64,000 bases of DNA from Salisapilia sapeloensis CBS 127946 (Eukaryota > Protista > Oomycota). Shown one piece after another: positions 23,275-35,818 of this stretch (positions are counted from its first letter, which is position 1; every line of letters starts with the position of its first letter). Under the pieces are notes generated by a model that saw only the letters and a program-made list of their open reading frames with translations, searched no databases and had not been told where the DNA came from. The stretch is taken from NCBI GenBank assembly GCA_023334545.1, contig JAADVB010000011.1, positions 83,609-147,608 on the forward strand, given 5' to 3'. The position numbers were made by a program, and so were the translations under genes.

Positions 23275-24985
23275 ATGGAAACCATGGAAGCGATATACGT
23301 GCATTATAAAGGCAAAACAAGCAAACTGGATGCAATAGCTAGTGGTGCAAGCCTTTACGACTTGCAAAAGCGTGTTGAAGATCAATTGCACGTCCCAGTA
23401 GACACCCAACGGCTATTTCATAATAAGCGAAGAATATCTGCATCCCAATCAACACCACTTGCAGACGTGTGCGACTTGACGCAAGATGTGCACTTCCATT
23501 TGGTTGCAGGGGCATCCAAGAGGCAAATTGAGCAGATGAACTCAACACAGGAAGAAACACGTCGAGAAGAGCACATTCGGTAGCTACTGGCATGCTGACT
23601 CCTATCTAGCGTATGAATGACTCATGTTATGTATGTAGAGCAAATCGTAAAGTAGTGAGTCTTGCGGACCGAAATGAAGTCTTTGGGGCTCGAGAAGCTG
23701 TTAAATCCAACTATCGCTTCCACAATATTGAGGTGCAAGTATACTCGATTACTGTAGAAAGCTATTAGACTCATGTTTGTTGTAAACAGCCTCTAGAAGG
23801 ATTTTCGGACACGCACAAAGCTCGTGAGATCTTGGAACAATTGGCTAATGACCGTGGTGTCCTTGCTGTTCTTCATAAACACAAGTACATACGCTATAAG
23901 TTCGCATTGTATCGATATACTAAGCATATACGGGCACAGATGGAGCGTAGGAAGTTTAGCAGAAATGAAGCCGGATGGTAAGGTCGGCGTAGACCCAGTC
24001 TGCGTTCTAGGACTGAACCAGAACAGCGGTCAGAAGATCCTGCTACGATTACGAACGGATGACCTACAGGGCTTTCGTAAAATCCTCAGCATTAAAAAAG
24101 TGTTGTACCATGAACTTGCCCACAACGTACGTACATGATCCAGTGTCTTTTAAGCCTATACTAACCGTCGTGTGGAAATAATAGAAATTTTCAGAGCACA
24201 ACAACGACTTTTACATGCTCATGAGGCAAGTGGAGAAGGAGGCAAATGAGCTAGATTGGACGCAAGCGTCAGGTCGAGCGCTCGGCGGTGGCTCTTCTGT
24301 CGCCCGCATCCCAGAATCTGGTCCTAAGGCAAGAGACGGACATCGACTTGGCGGTAACAGTAAGCAGCAAAGTCGATTGCTCCAAACTCCTGCCACAGAG
24401 ACAGCAAACACCAGAGACCAGGTTGAAAGTGTTGAGTCTATTGATGACGATACCAAGCAAGCAACAAACGACGACAATTCCGTCGCCAACGGAGCCGAGG
24501 ATCCTGTCGCAAGTGAAGCCAAGCACTCTATGTCCAATGAAGCCGTCAACGCCGTGTCTAATAAAGCTGTCATCGAGGATGCAACTACCAATGTGGTACT
24601 AGCGCCGGTTGACATGTCATCTGTACAGGAGGAAGTGATGGATTTTGATGATTTGCCCATTAGCGATCGAGAACGGCGTATCCATACTGCCGTGGCACAG
24701 TTACGTGCTCAGTATGGTAGTCAAGTTGTGAGCAAAGCCGTGCAACTTCTCCATAAGATCGTATCGAACATTTTGGCTCACCCGGGAGACGACAAGTTTA
24801 AATCGCTACGAAAGTCGACGCGGGTATTCAGTGGAAATCTGGCTATCGTTCCAGCTTGTCTGGAATTCTTGATCGCTTTGGGATTTGAAGATCAATCCGA
24901 TCGATTTGTTCTGCAAAGAGAAGACCCAGCATTGCTTTGGATCGGCCGCTCCTCATTAGAAATGATCTTCGCCGCATCGGACTAA
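23275..24985 (+). CDS. WSS1: Ubiquitin-like + WLM (Wss1-type zinc metalloprotease) + PUB domain protein, multi-exon
   Basis: N-terminal UBL (VPVDTQRLFHNKRRI). WLM motifs LGLNQNSGQKILLRLRTDDLQGFR and the HELAHN zinc-binding site. C-terminal PUB (KIVSNILAHPGDDKFKSLR...LEFLIALGF). Confidence 0.85.
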
Positions 24986-25677
24986 TCAGAACAATTCCAA
25001 AATGAATAGAGAACCAATACTTAGACCAGAGAGAGGAATTACGTATAACATTTTTCTTGTCTTTGCGAATACAAGTAGTCAATTGAATCAGAATATAGCG
25101 AAGGTTAATAGATAGAAAGGCGAAAGTGGGTGGGTGAGGCCGAAACTGACACGTGGATAGAAGCACGAGTGAGCAGTAGAGTTTAGATCATGAATCCACG
25201 TTAGAATAATAAACGACGTGGAACGAGTGCTTTACTCTACATGAACGTGAACTCGTGAATGATAGTAATTCGTAGATGGTTTATCATCTGGGTGGCATCC
25301 ACTAGGAAAAAATCGGACTGTCTTTGATGATCGAGTCCAAGGGGTCATCTAGAAGGTACAAAATGACTCGACTTGACTAAGTACAGATAGTACAGTTGAT
25401 TGAGGATCTTAACGCCCATAGCGAACCAATATGACGGTAGCTATAGCGGTACTTTGTACTTGAGTTGCCAGTTAAGCAATGTCAGACGAGGCATCAGTGC
25501 CGTAGACGTGGCATGTCAACTTTCCCTCTTTGATTGGATCTCGTCCATTTGTAGCAGCACGCCTGTGCCAAAGCTGTTTATCGTTCTCGCTTTTGCTTAT
25601 GTATGGACGAAACCACTTTCGCTTTGACGCAAGCCAAAACCGGCTTCTGACTGACGTGAATTGCCCACTTTTCTAGA

Positions 25678-25693
25678 GCTCATTCAGGAATTT
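25678..25693 (+). promoter_or_regulatory. Oomycete-type INR+FPR core promoter
   Basis: GCTCATTCAGGAATTT matches GCTCATTYYNCAWTTT at 14/16 positions and lies about 75 nt upstream of the acyl-CoA synthetase ATG at 25768. Confidence 0.55.
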
Positions 25694-25767
25694 GCGCCAA
25701 AGCTACCACAACGCCATCCAAGCATACTACTTCTGTGCAGTCGCATCTCTTCCTACTAAGATAAATA

Positions 25768-27776
25768 ATGGCTCAGTTTCGAGTATGTTACCGTTCTACA
25801 TGACGAACACTATACTTGAGCTATTAAAATCTACGTACTAAACCAAATGTCTATAGACATCGAAGGTTACGGATGAAGTAGAGCTTCGAGACGATGATAC
25901 TGCCCAAGCGCCCGAGACGATCATTTCGATGTGGGATCGAGCCATCAAGCGATTTGGAGACAAGGAGGCTCTCCACGTCAAGCGTGGCGAAAATTGGTCG
26001 GCTATCACTTTTAACGAGTACTACGATCGTTGCCGCGACTTTGCCAAATCGCTCATAAGCGTTGGTCTTAAGCGCTATGACGGTGTCAGTATCATCGGCT
26101 TCAACTCTCCCGAGTGGCTAGTGGCCGACTATGGATGCATCTTCGCTGGTGGTGTCGCCGCCGGAGTCTACCCCACGAACGGACAGGCTACCTGTGAATA
26201 CATTGCTGAGCACTCCGAATCCGCGGTTGCAGTCTGTGATGGGTATCTCCAGCTCAAGAAATACCTTGGCGGTACTTCCAAAATGCCCAACTTGAAGGCT
26301 CTGGTCATCTATAATGAGCCTGTGCCAGAGGACATCAATGTTGACGTGCCTGTCTACACATTTGACCAGTTCATGAAGCTTGGTGCCAACGTTCCTGACG
26401 ACGAATTGGAACAGCGTATGCGCTCTCAGAAACCGAACCAATGTTGTGCTATTATCTACACGTCCGGAACGACGGGCGAACCCAAGGGTGCTATGCTTCA
26501 CCATGACAACATGGTCTGGCAGGTGAAGGGTGTGCTTTCGAAGCTAGAGAAGAACGTTGATCACAAAGTTGACAACGGGTGGAGCAATGTCAGCTACTTG
26601 CCCATGTCCCACGTTGCAGCGCAAGTGCTCGACCTCCTTGCTCCGGTCTGCCGTGGTATGCAGATTTGGTTTGCCCAACCTGACGCACTCAAGGGTACGA
26701 TTTTAAACACCTTAAAAGAGGTTCGTCCGACACTTTTCATCGGTGTGCCTCGTGTCTGGGAGAAATTTGCAGCCAAACTTCAGGCTATGTCGAATGAACG
26801 GACGGGGACTAAGAAAGCCATTGCCGAATGGGCACAGAAGCTTGGATCCAAAAAGTCTCGTCGTGCTCAATTCGATGGTGATGGAAAGGAGCCCTTCGGC
26901 ATGTCCATTGCCGGTAAGCTTGCGCTGCGCAAGGTAAAGGAGGCTATTGGTCTGGACAAGGCCATCACGTGTATTACGGCTGCTGCGCCCATTTCCAAGG
27001 ATGCCATTGATCTCTTCGCGTCGCTCGATATCCCCTTGTACGATCTGTACGGCGCCAGTGAAGCTTCTGGTGCGCAGGCTTTCTGCATACAAAAGGAGTG
27101 GAAGACAGGAAGCATTGGTCGTACGCTTGAAGGCTCCCGTGTGCGGACGGACCCACAGACGAACGAATTGCTCATTTACGGGCGCAACGTCATGATGGGG
27201 TACCTGAAAAACGAAGAAGGTACGAAAGAAGCCATTGACGACGATGGATGGCTTCACACAGGTGATTGTGCTCGCATTGACGAAGACGGCTTTATCTCCA
27301 TCATCGGACGAATTAAAGAACTGATCATTACGGCCGGTGGTGAAAACATTCCTCCACTTCGTATTGAAGCGACAATCTTGGAGGAAATTCCACTCCTGTC
27401 CGCCGCAATGGTCGTTGGTGATCGTCGAAAGTTCTTGTCGGCACTGTTCACACTACCGTCGAAGCCTGATCCTCAGACTGGTCGCCCGACTAACGAGTTG
27501 GATGACGGTGCTGTCAAGATCCTTCGATCCATTGGAAGCGACGCAACAACAGTGCAGGAGGCACAAGTGGATGTGAAGGTGAAGGCCTACTTGGATGAAG
27601 GTCTAAAGCGTATCAACCAGCGCGCTATCTCCCATGCCCAACGAGTCAATAAGTTCGCCATCTTGGATCAGGACTTTTCGCTGCCAGGCGGTGAGTTGAC
27701 CCCAACGCTCAAGCTCAAGCGTCGGGTGGTCCTCAACAAGTACGCCGACTTGATTGAAGAAATGTACAACGTGTAA
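25768..27776 (+). CDS. ACSBG: Long-chain fatty acyl-CoA synthetase, bubblegum (ACSBG) type, paralog 1; intron 25783-25856
   Basis: MAQFR|TSKVTDEVELR start. AMP-binding motif IIYTSGTTGEPKG, YLPMSHVAAQ, GWLHTGD, GRIKELIITAGGENIPP and GGELTPTLKLKR. Confidence 0.92.
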
Positions 27777-28148
27777 GTAGCGTCGTTCGAAGTTTGATGT
27801 TCTCGAACGAGTGAAAGCAAGAGGCTAGTCTCGTTCAATTTTGCATAGATCGTTGACAAGCGATACCAAATACAATCGTAGTTTCCATGATCCATTTCTC
27901 GTACCATCATTTTATCAGACGCGAACTACGTTGCTGTATCTTAAGTTTCCACAGCAGTTATTACTATTCCAGCAAGAAACTCGTGATAGACTTAAGTGAG
28001 AACTATAGCTAATGGTCGCAATTGAAGCTTGAGCAGGAAACATGGAAACATGAAAACCTGGAAACGGCCTCCTTAATTCGTTTCAGTATGCATACCTGGG
28101 AAGCAGCAAGTCGAGGAATAAAACGACATAAAGCATAATCGCATTGAT

Positions 28149-31100
28149 ATGCCAAAGTCGCCGAAAAAAACGCCCAAAAAGAAGAAGGGAGGCGAAGAGG
28201 CTGAACTAGAAGAAGATGCGTTAGAGGAATGGCTATCTCGTGGATTCAATAAAGAAGATTTTACTTTAGATAAAATGCTGCGTAGGCTCAACTACCTCTC
28301 ATTCTAGCTTACCAGCACTTAAAACTATCTTTTACACAGGTATATGGATGCTCGATGATCAGGCAAATGGAATTGATGAAGATGACGAGGATAATGAAGC
28401 CTCGTTGGAAGCCAAGCTGGAGCTGATGCAAAGCTACTACTTGCTAAATCCAATCCTGCAACGAGGTAGAGAAAAGAAAAAGCAACTACAAAACACGCTT
28501 CGTACCGAAGTACTGCATTTACTCTTTATATCAAAAGCCGTTGAGTAAGAATACAATGAGTAGCTTCAAAAAGCCGATAAAGCTTGGACAGCCTTCAAAG
28601 ATTATGTCGAGCTACCTCCCTTGAAGCGTCGACGCCTCATTCGTGAGTATGCACAACGGGTGAAGCGAGCAAAAGAGCAAGCGAAACAAGATGCAGATCT
28701 TAAAAAGCAGCTACAAGAGCAAATGGATGAAGAGTTACGTGCTGAACGTGAGCTCAAGCGGTCATTAAGAAAGAGATACAAGAGCAAATCATTGCATTTA
28801 AATCGACTACGTGAGCTCAAAGAAATAGCCGATCGTAAAGTTCGTGAGGACGAGTATGAGATGCTAAGACTTCAGAAACAGGCTCGATTAGACGAGAAAC
28901 AAGATTTAAAGGCGAATGCACTACAGAAACAGAACCAAATAAAGATTCGGCAGGAAGTCGAACGTCGACAGCAAAATGATAAGTTTTGGGAAAAAGAAAA
29001 GCAAGTAGCAAGGCGTCATGCTAATGAACAGATTTTTGATGAAACTCGACATCAAGCATTGGAGGCGGATGTTATGGCAGTGAAGGATGAAGTCCGGCTG
29101 ATGGGTGAGGGAGAGTCGAACAATGTAGATGACACCCCGAATCGACCACCGAGCTATATGCCTACAGGCATTTTTGGAACGGACTTTACTGCTGGTGAGT
29201 GGAAATCTGCGATAGAAGGTGGACATAAGTCTGGACTAGGTACATCAAATTGCTTCTCAGTAAATGCTTCATCGAGTCTAATTTGTTTATGAAAGACGAG
29301 CACACGATAGGTGTGTTTTCAGGTCGTAGCTTTCGTCCAGAAGTCGAGTCTCTTCGTCACAAAGTGATCGTTGCAGAGTCAAAAGTCACGCAAGCAAAGC
29401 AAGCACTGGACGGAGTTGCGCGTACAAAAGTGTACATTCAAGAGGAGCGTAAAAAAAGAAGCAAAGAAGCAGAGAAACTAAAGAACGAACTCAATCAAAT
29501 TGCTGTGCAATACGCGAAAGTGGCGGACAGCTTATCGGGCCCACCTCGACGGGACGCAGAGGAAACCAACAAAGTAGAGTTTCACGAATTAGCAAGAAGA
29601 AGGCAAAAATGCAGACAGTCTTTACGTGACCTAGAAGAGGAGGATTTGGAGCTACAGCGACAAATGGAGAAAGCGAGCTCAAAAGAAACAAGTGTAATAG
29701 CTACATTAGAATCGCGTCAGGTCGAATACTCAAAGTTAGCAAAACGTTTGGAAGACATGGATGGTAATGTGAAGACACTTCCTGTAGTCATGGGTAAAGG
29801 GATCCTTGCTCCCAACCTTCCACACGGCGAGCCTCCGTCAGAGTTAGAGAAGATTACAATGATTCATCAAGATCCAACATCAATGTATCGGCAGGTAACA
29901 ATGAGCAGTAAACTAGAGATCTTTAAGGTGCAAGCAGAGCCAGCAAAAAACTATTACAAAGATGTTAAACGAACAAACGTTGCAGCGTGGAAAGCAAATG
30001 AAGAGCGAGATGCATCGAGATATGAATTGGAAGGTGCTGCAACGCGTTTAGCCAATTTACGCAATAGCATAGTCGAGCAGCGGCAAACTAGTTTACGAGC
30101 GGATCTCACACAAGCGATATTACGTTTCCATGTGAATGATCTTTCATTTATAATTTCGAGAACGACGATTTTTAACTATCTGCATAGAATGGTCCTCACA
30201 AGCTCCGCGAGCGCCGAGCTCCTCAGTGTGGTATAAAATCCTGGAAAGACAGTATCAGTCGTACAAGGACGTTCAACATTTGCTTTCCTTCCAATACCAA
30301 CATCTTCCACGTTGAGAATGTAATGGAGACAGCTCAACTACGAGGAAGATTGGAGCTACCAAAACTATGTGCATACAAAGTTACTCTGGCGACTTCGATC
30401 ATGCGACTTGATTTGGATACGGGTGCCATGACAAAGATAGATCAGACTAAAGTGAACGGCGTACATTTGGTACATGACATGGTTCTATACACCGGTACAA
30501 GTGATGATTCTATTTGGAAGCAAGATTTAAAAACAGATATTAATGAGGTATAGCAATAATAAATTTTAAGTGGATAGCATCCAGGTTTTACGAGAACTAA
30601 TTTTTGGAACAAAGGCTAGCGATGGATACAGCAAGACGTTTGAATTTCGAGGAGCGCGATTGTATTTTTGTTTTGCTTTTACTCCTCAAAAAGCAATGCA
30701 AAAAGATAAGGAACTGTATTGTCTAGTCGTAGATGATTCATTTTCCTACAAAGAGCTTGTAGAAGACTTTCGATTGGAAGAAGCAAGGACAAGAGCACTT
30801 CAACAAGAGTCGCATATTGTATCGGAAATGGTAAAGACACTACGTGCCCAATTTGCTCGTTCCAACAGTGAGCGATGTGGCAAGCTTATTAAGGAGCTCG
30901 TGAACGTTGAGGAAAGCAAAGCAAAAACTTGTGATTCCAAAGTCTTACATGGCCATCTCCAGCGATTCAAACGATCCGAATATACCAAGTTACTACGTGT
31001 GGAAATCAAAAAGGAAATTGCTATGCAAATAGATCAAGATATAGCAACAAGAAAGAAGCAATTGGGAAACATAGCCAGTGATGGAAACAAAGCTGATAGC

Positions 31101-34100
31101 ACGGCCCACAAGAACCAGAGTATAGACACATCCAGGTACCGTGTCGTCTTCCATAAATAAATAATCAACTAATGTATTCGACTTAGAACGAAATACCAGG
31201 AAAGGAGGGTCGAGCGCATCCAACCTACTATTCAGCAGGCAGTTGATGCATTGGGGCAGTATTGTACTTTTAAATCTGCTGCAGCGAATGCACCTGCAGC
31301 ACAACCTTCTTTCTTCGCTGAGTGCTCTATAGTAAGTGGTGTGCGACTGGAATGGCGTCAAGGAAGAACTGATTTAAAAGTAGCGCACCAATTAATTTCT
31401 GTCGCAAGTACCAGTCGAATGAAATCTCAGATGCTGTGGACCTCCTTGGAAAAGTCGAACAGTGTTCTTATATCGAGTGAATTTAATAAGCTTCTCCAGT
31501 TAGAACGATCAAAGAAGCGGCAAGATGAGGCAATTGATGCAGAAAAGCTAGCCCAACTTGCCGAGGTAGAAAACGAACGTGAAGTAGTATTAAAGCAACA
31601 CGAGCGAATTGCTCGAAGCAGATTTCTCCACGACATAAACGATCAAACTTATAGACAGCAAGAACTGCATCGACGTCGATGGCTATTCTATATGGAAGCT
31701 ATGCGCCTGACAACGTACAATGAAAGGATCTCATCTCAAATCGATTTCCGAGTGAATCGGATGTTAAAGGCTCTTAAAAGCGATGATTCTACCCCAGAGG
31801 TAGCTGATCGCGTGACGCAAAAAGTAAAAGAAGATTTCGCAAATCAATACGTCACGGGTAAAATGGCATTTATCAATAAAACGTGGGATCGGAAGAAACA
31901 TCGGGCAGCCGAGGACCGTTTACGGCTGAATAATAAGCATCGCGCAGAGCTGAATGCACTGGACCAAAGAGTGTTGGAGATCGAACTCAAGGCTGACAAG
32001 GAGAAGCAAAGGCTACAAAAAGAAAGCCAAGCTCAACTTAAACAAAAACTTCAAATACCTGACTTTGAACGCGCTATTGGTGGAAGGTTTTCCTGTGAGC
32101 ATCGCCATGTGCGAGCATGGGGGAACATGTATGGGTCAGGTAGTATATGCCGATCTTGTGGAAAGGAAATGTCAAAGTCTTTTGACGATCCAGACCATGG
32201 TCGTGGTGCTGATCCACAGTTGGACGAAGACGTTCTAGTCCATCGTGCTCAAGCGACGAGTGGTCTAGGCTTCCATTTTCAAAATGCAGGCCATTTGAAG
32301 CGTGTAGAGGACGAGCGACTTCGCTTGGAGAAAGAGTGGCGAGAAATGGAGCTTTCCGAAACCATGCTGTACGACTGGCACGATGCCAAAGCCATTGTTG
32401 ATTTCAACTTCAGACACAACATTGCCCGAAATGATGAAGTTGACCATGTTAGTAGTGCGCATCCGTTGTATACCCGTTATGTTCGCGAAATGCACCAAGC
32501 AGCTTTTAAAGACGATATGCTGTTTTTTGGTCGACTCTATAGCTTCTGCCATCGTATCGAGCGAATTAAGCAAGAGCTTGAAAGCTGCAAAATCCAGCTC
32601 ATCATACAGGTATATAAGCTTTATGTGTTATGCTCCTTGTATACTAAATAGATTAACTTAATCTTCTACATGATGAAAGTAGAAAGACTTTCTTTGTGCT
32701 GTCCAACGAGAAAGCGATATCATCGATACGGTCTTACCAGTAGTCGAGTACGATCGAGCAAGAGCTCAACGACTTGTGCATGAAGATAAAGCAGCACGCA
32801 AAAACCTGAAGATAGCTCGAGAGCAGCTTCCTATCGCTAAAATAGAATACTCCGCCGCAAAGGCTGGCATACAGGGTGTTGAAGAAGATGCGGAACATGC
32901 AGAACGATATGTTCCAGCAATCGTCCAGAGCAGCGAAGAAATGAAAAAGCTACTGGAACGAAGTAAAACGGAGTTAGAATGTGTCAAGACGAATATTACC
33001 AAGCATACCGAAGCACTTGGTGAAGCTCGGTTGCAGAATGAAAATAACAGTAAGTTGTTGTGTCAGCTGGGCTGCCGAATACCAAATGCCATCTTCCAAA
33101 CACCTTTCGGGATTGCGAAAGTGAACTATTACAGATCAGAAGACACGTGTGTTGTGATGAACTGTTTGGAATGGCAAGCAACTTTTGTCATACCCATGGA
33201 AGAGCTATTAGCGATCGAAGCAATGCGGCAGGAAGAAGCGCAAATTGCAATGGAGTACGAGGACAAGTTATCCCTTAGCTTTCTTCAGTACGAGCGAAGA
33301 ATAGCCGAAGAAACGCGCGTAAGCATGGAGAAAGATGAAAAAGAGATTCGATATTATCGATCGTGGAAAGAGAGCAAAGATGAAGAAGATGCCGTTGTAT
33401 TGAAAGCGGTATGCGAAGAAGAGCTGAAAGTGTACTTTCAATATCAAAATGATCCTGAGTTTCGCAAGTCACTACATTGTAAAGCCAAAGAGAAGGCAAA
33501 GGCAGCTCGGAAAGAGGAGTTAGAAGGGAAACCTAAAACGATAAAAGTTCGACTTACCCCAGCTCCACTTGCGATCATGTGGCTGACGAAGACATGGGAA
33601 AAACAGCTTGTTCTAGACCTCATTAGTGAGCGATGTTCCAGTAAGACGAAAGAAATTCGGGATACATATCGTAGATCTCGCGATGATAAACTCGCAGCAA
33701 CCTTGCAGCAAAATTTATATCATGATGTAGTTCACAGTGTTGTCTTAAACCTAGTCATCGAGACCACAGACAAGTACCAAGAGAGTGTGATGCAATCATT
33801 AAGGCTCAGCTCGAGCGCAGCAGTGACATTAAATGGTGGAGAAGACATAACTTATGATCGCAGCATATATTTAGGCCGGTTGTGGATGGCAAAGAGTAAA
33901 GCTGCCCAAATATTGTATACAGCTTGGAAAACCGAACATGATAAGTTGGATGTACTTAGGATGGAAATCCAGCGTAGAGAAGAAGTTGCGCGGAAGGCAG
34001 AAGAGGAACGCCAACGAATTGAAGCAATGCAGAGGGAAATGCAGCGTGAAGAGCGCTATTGTCAAGCGTTTTATCTAGAAGAAATGATGTTTATGATGCG

Positions 34101-35781
34101 TGAGCGAAAGGCGATGGCCCAAGCGGAAGAGGAAATGCGCTTTTACATCCGGCAACTTGAAATCGAAGCTATGAAAACCAAATACGCTCAGTTGGTCGAC
34201 GATCGCAATCGACCGAACAGTAAAATTGCACGGCGACTAGAAATTAAGCATGGTAAAAATGAGCAGCATCGTCTGCATAAAGAGTGGGCTTTCATGAAAG
34301 AAGAAGACGATTTATCATCCGAAGTTCGGGAGTTGGAACGAAAGGAAGCCGAGGAACTAGCACAGCGAGAGCTTCATGAAAGGTACATGGCGCACCAAGC
34401 TGTAAAAGGCCAAATGTCTGCCTCCATGGTAGCATTCGAACTGGATGAGCATTTAAAAGAGATGCAGCGACGGGAAGTTGAAAGGAAGGTCCGCTTTGAA
34501 GAAAAACTTCTACAGGAACGAATGATTGCAACTGTCGAAACATACTTTGCTATTAGTCGAAATGAATTAGCAGTACTCAAGGAAAAAGAAAGGATGGCCT
34601 TTTGGACACGTCAGTTAGAGCCACTGTCAAGCAATGTTGAAAAGATGAATGAAGAGCTCGAGCTTCTCATGAAAGAACGTCAGCACGTTGAAGAGAATGC
34701 GCGAGCAAAGCGAGAGCATGCTACTATCTGTCAGAAACGCTATACGGAAGCTCGTGAAAAGTTGTCTGAAGCAGTGAAGTTGGAGGAGCACTGCTCTGAG
34801 ATATACGCAAAGGTGCATAAGACGAACAGTATCACGGACTCCGAAGTACTTCACGGTCGACCGCAGAGATTCCGGACAAAGTATCTTTTAGAACAACTTC
34901 ATGCTCGGTACTTTTCGCTAATAACAGAGTCTATCATCCGACGAGCTATTGCAATTTCGACCGAAAAAGAGAAGACCATGTTGGAAGGTAAAATATCGAG
35001 TTTATTACGTGAAAGCAGCGTTAAACGAGGACAGCTTCACGTGCTTCAACGAAAACGGCGACGGAGTTACTATATGCGAACGAAGCGATCTGAGTTGGGC
35101 AAGATTATGTTCAGAAGCTCTCAGAGAAAGCTCATGGAGGAAAAGTTTAAGAGGTGGGTGGAAATCTGGTCTACGCGCGTGACAGTGCGAGCATCTTTTG
35201 ACGTCAAATTTGGTCAAGCCATCCAGCGGCAACGCTTGCTGTCCGAAACAGTTCAGGCTTCGGAAGAGCAATGCACAAGGCTCACGGTGCTGCAAAAACA
35301 TCACAAGCGGAAGATCCGCTGTAGAATGTGCCAAAGCGTCTACACTGAAGAGCAAAATCATCGCTTCTCATGCACTTACCACCCTGGTACGTACGAAATG
35401 GCTTGTATCAAGTCGTGTCAAAGCCGACAAGCAGGTAGCTGCGAAAGTAATAAACTGAAGGAGGAGTGCATGATGCATCGCGCAAAGCGCTGGCTTTGTT
35501 GTGATAATACTCAGGAAGGTCGATTTGGCAGTTCCGGATGCCGCTATAGGCACCATCTACCACAACGAGCAGATCCGAGTTTGGAAGAAATGGTTATTAA
35601 GAAGAGTGTAATAGAGCAAGAACGTATGGCGAAGATGGAACAAGAGCTGACACAACTGAAAGAGAGGAATGTAGCTGGTCGACTGAAGTCCATCACCAAG
35701 ACCAGTATCGCTAGTGTCGCAAGAAGTTTGGCAGACAAACGGGCTGTAGCATCCAAGTATCATGTATTAGATAAGAGATAA
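28149..35781 (+). CDS. Very large coiled-coil protein (about 2400 aa, 8 exons) with a C-terminal CHORD-like zinc motif
   Basis: Seven GT-AG introns join the consecutive ORFs in frame (for example 28510-28563 and 30548-30584). The C-terminus has CRMC..N...CTYHPG...RWLCCD and an internal CEH...CRSC motif. Confidence 0.7.
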
Positions 35782-35818
35782 CTACCGTAGTATCTTTAGC
35801 CTAATGCCAAATTCCTCC

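Noticed and set aside
25000-25670. Intergenic CCGAAAC and TGATGA motifs suggestive of a hammerhead ribozyme or C/D snoRNA
   Set aside because: The matching CTGANGA core, or D box with terminal stem, is absent.
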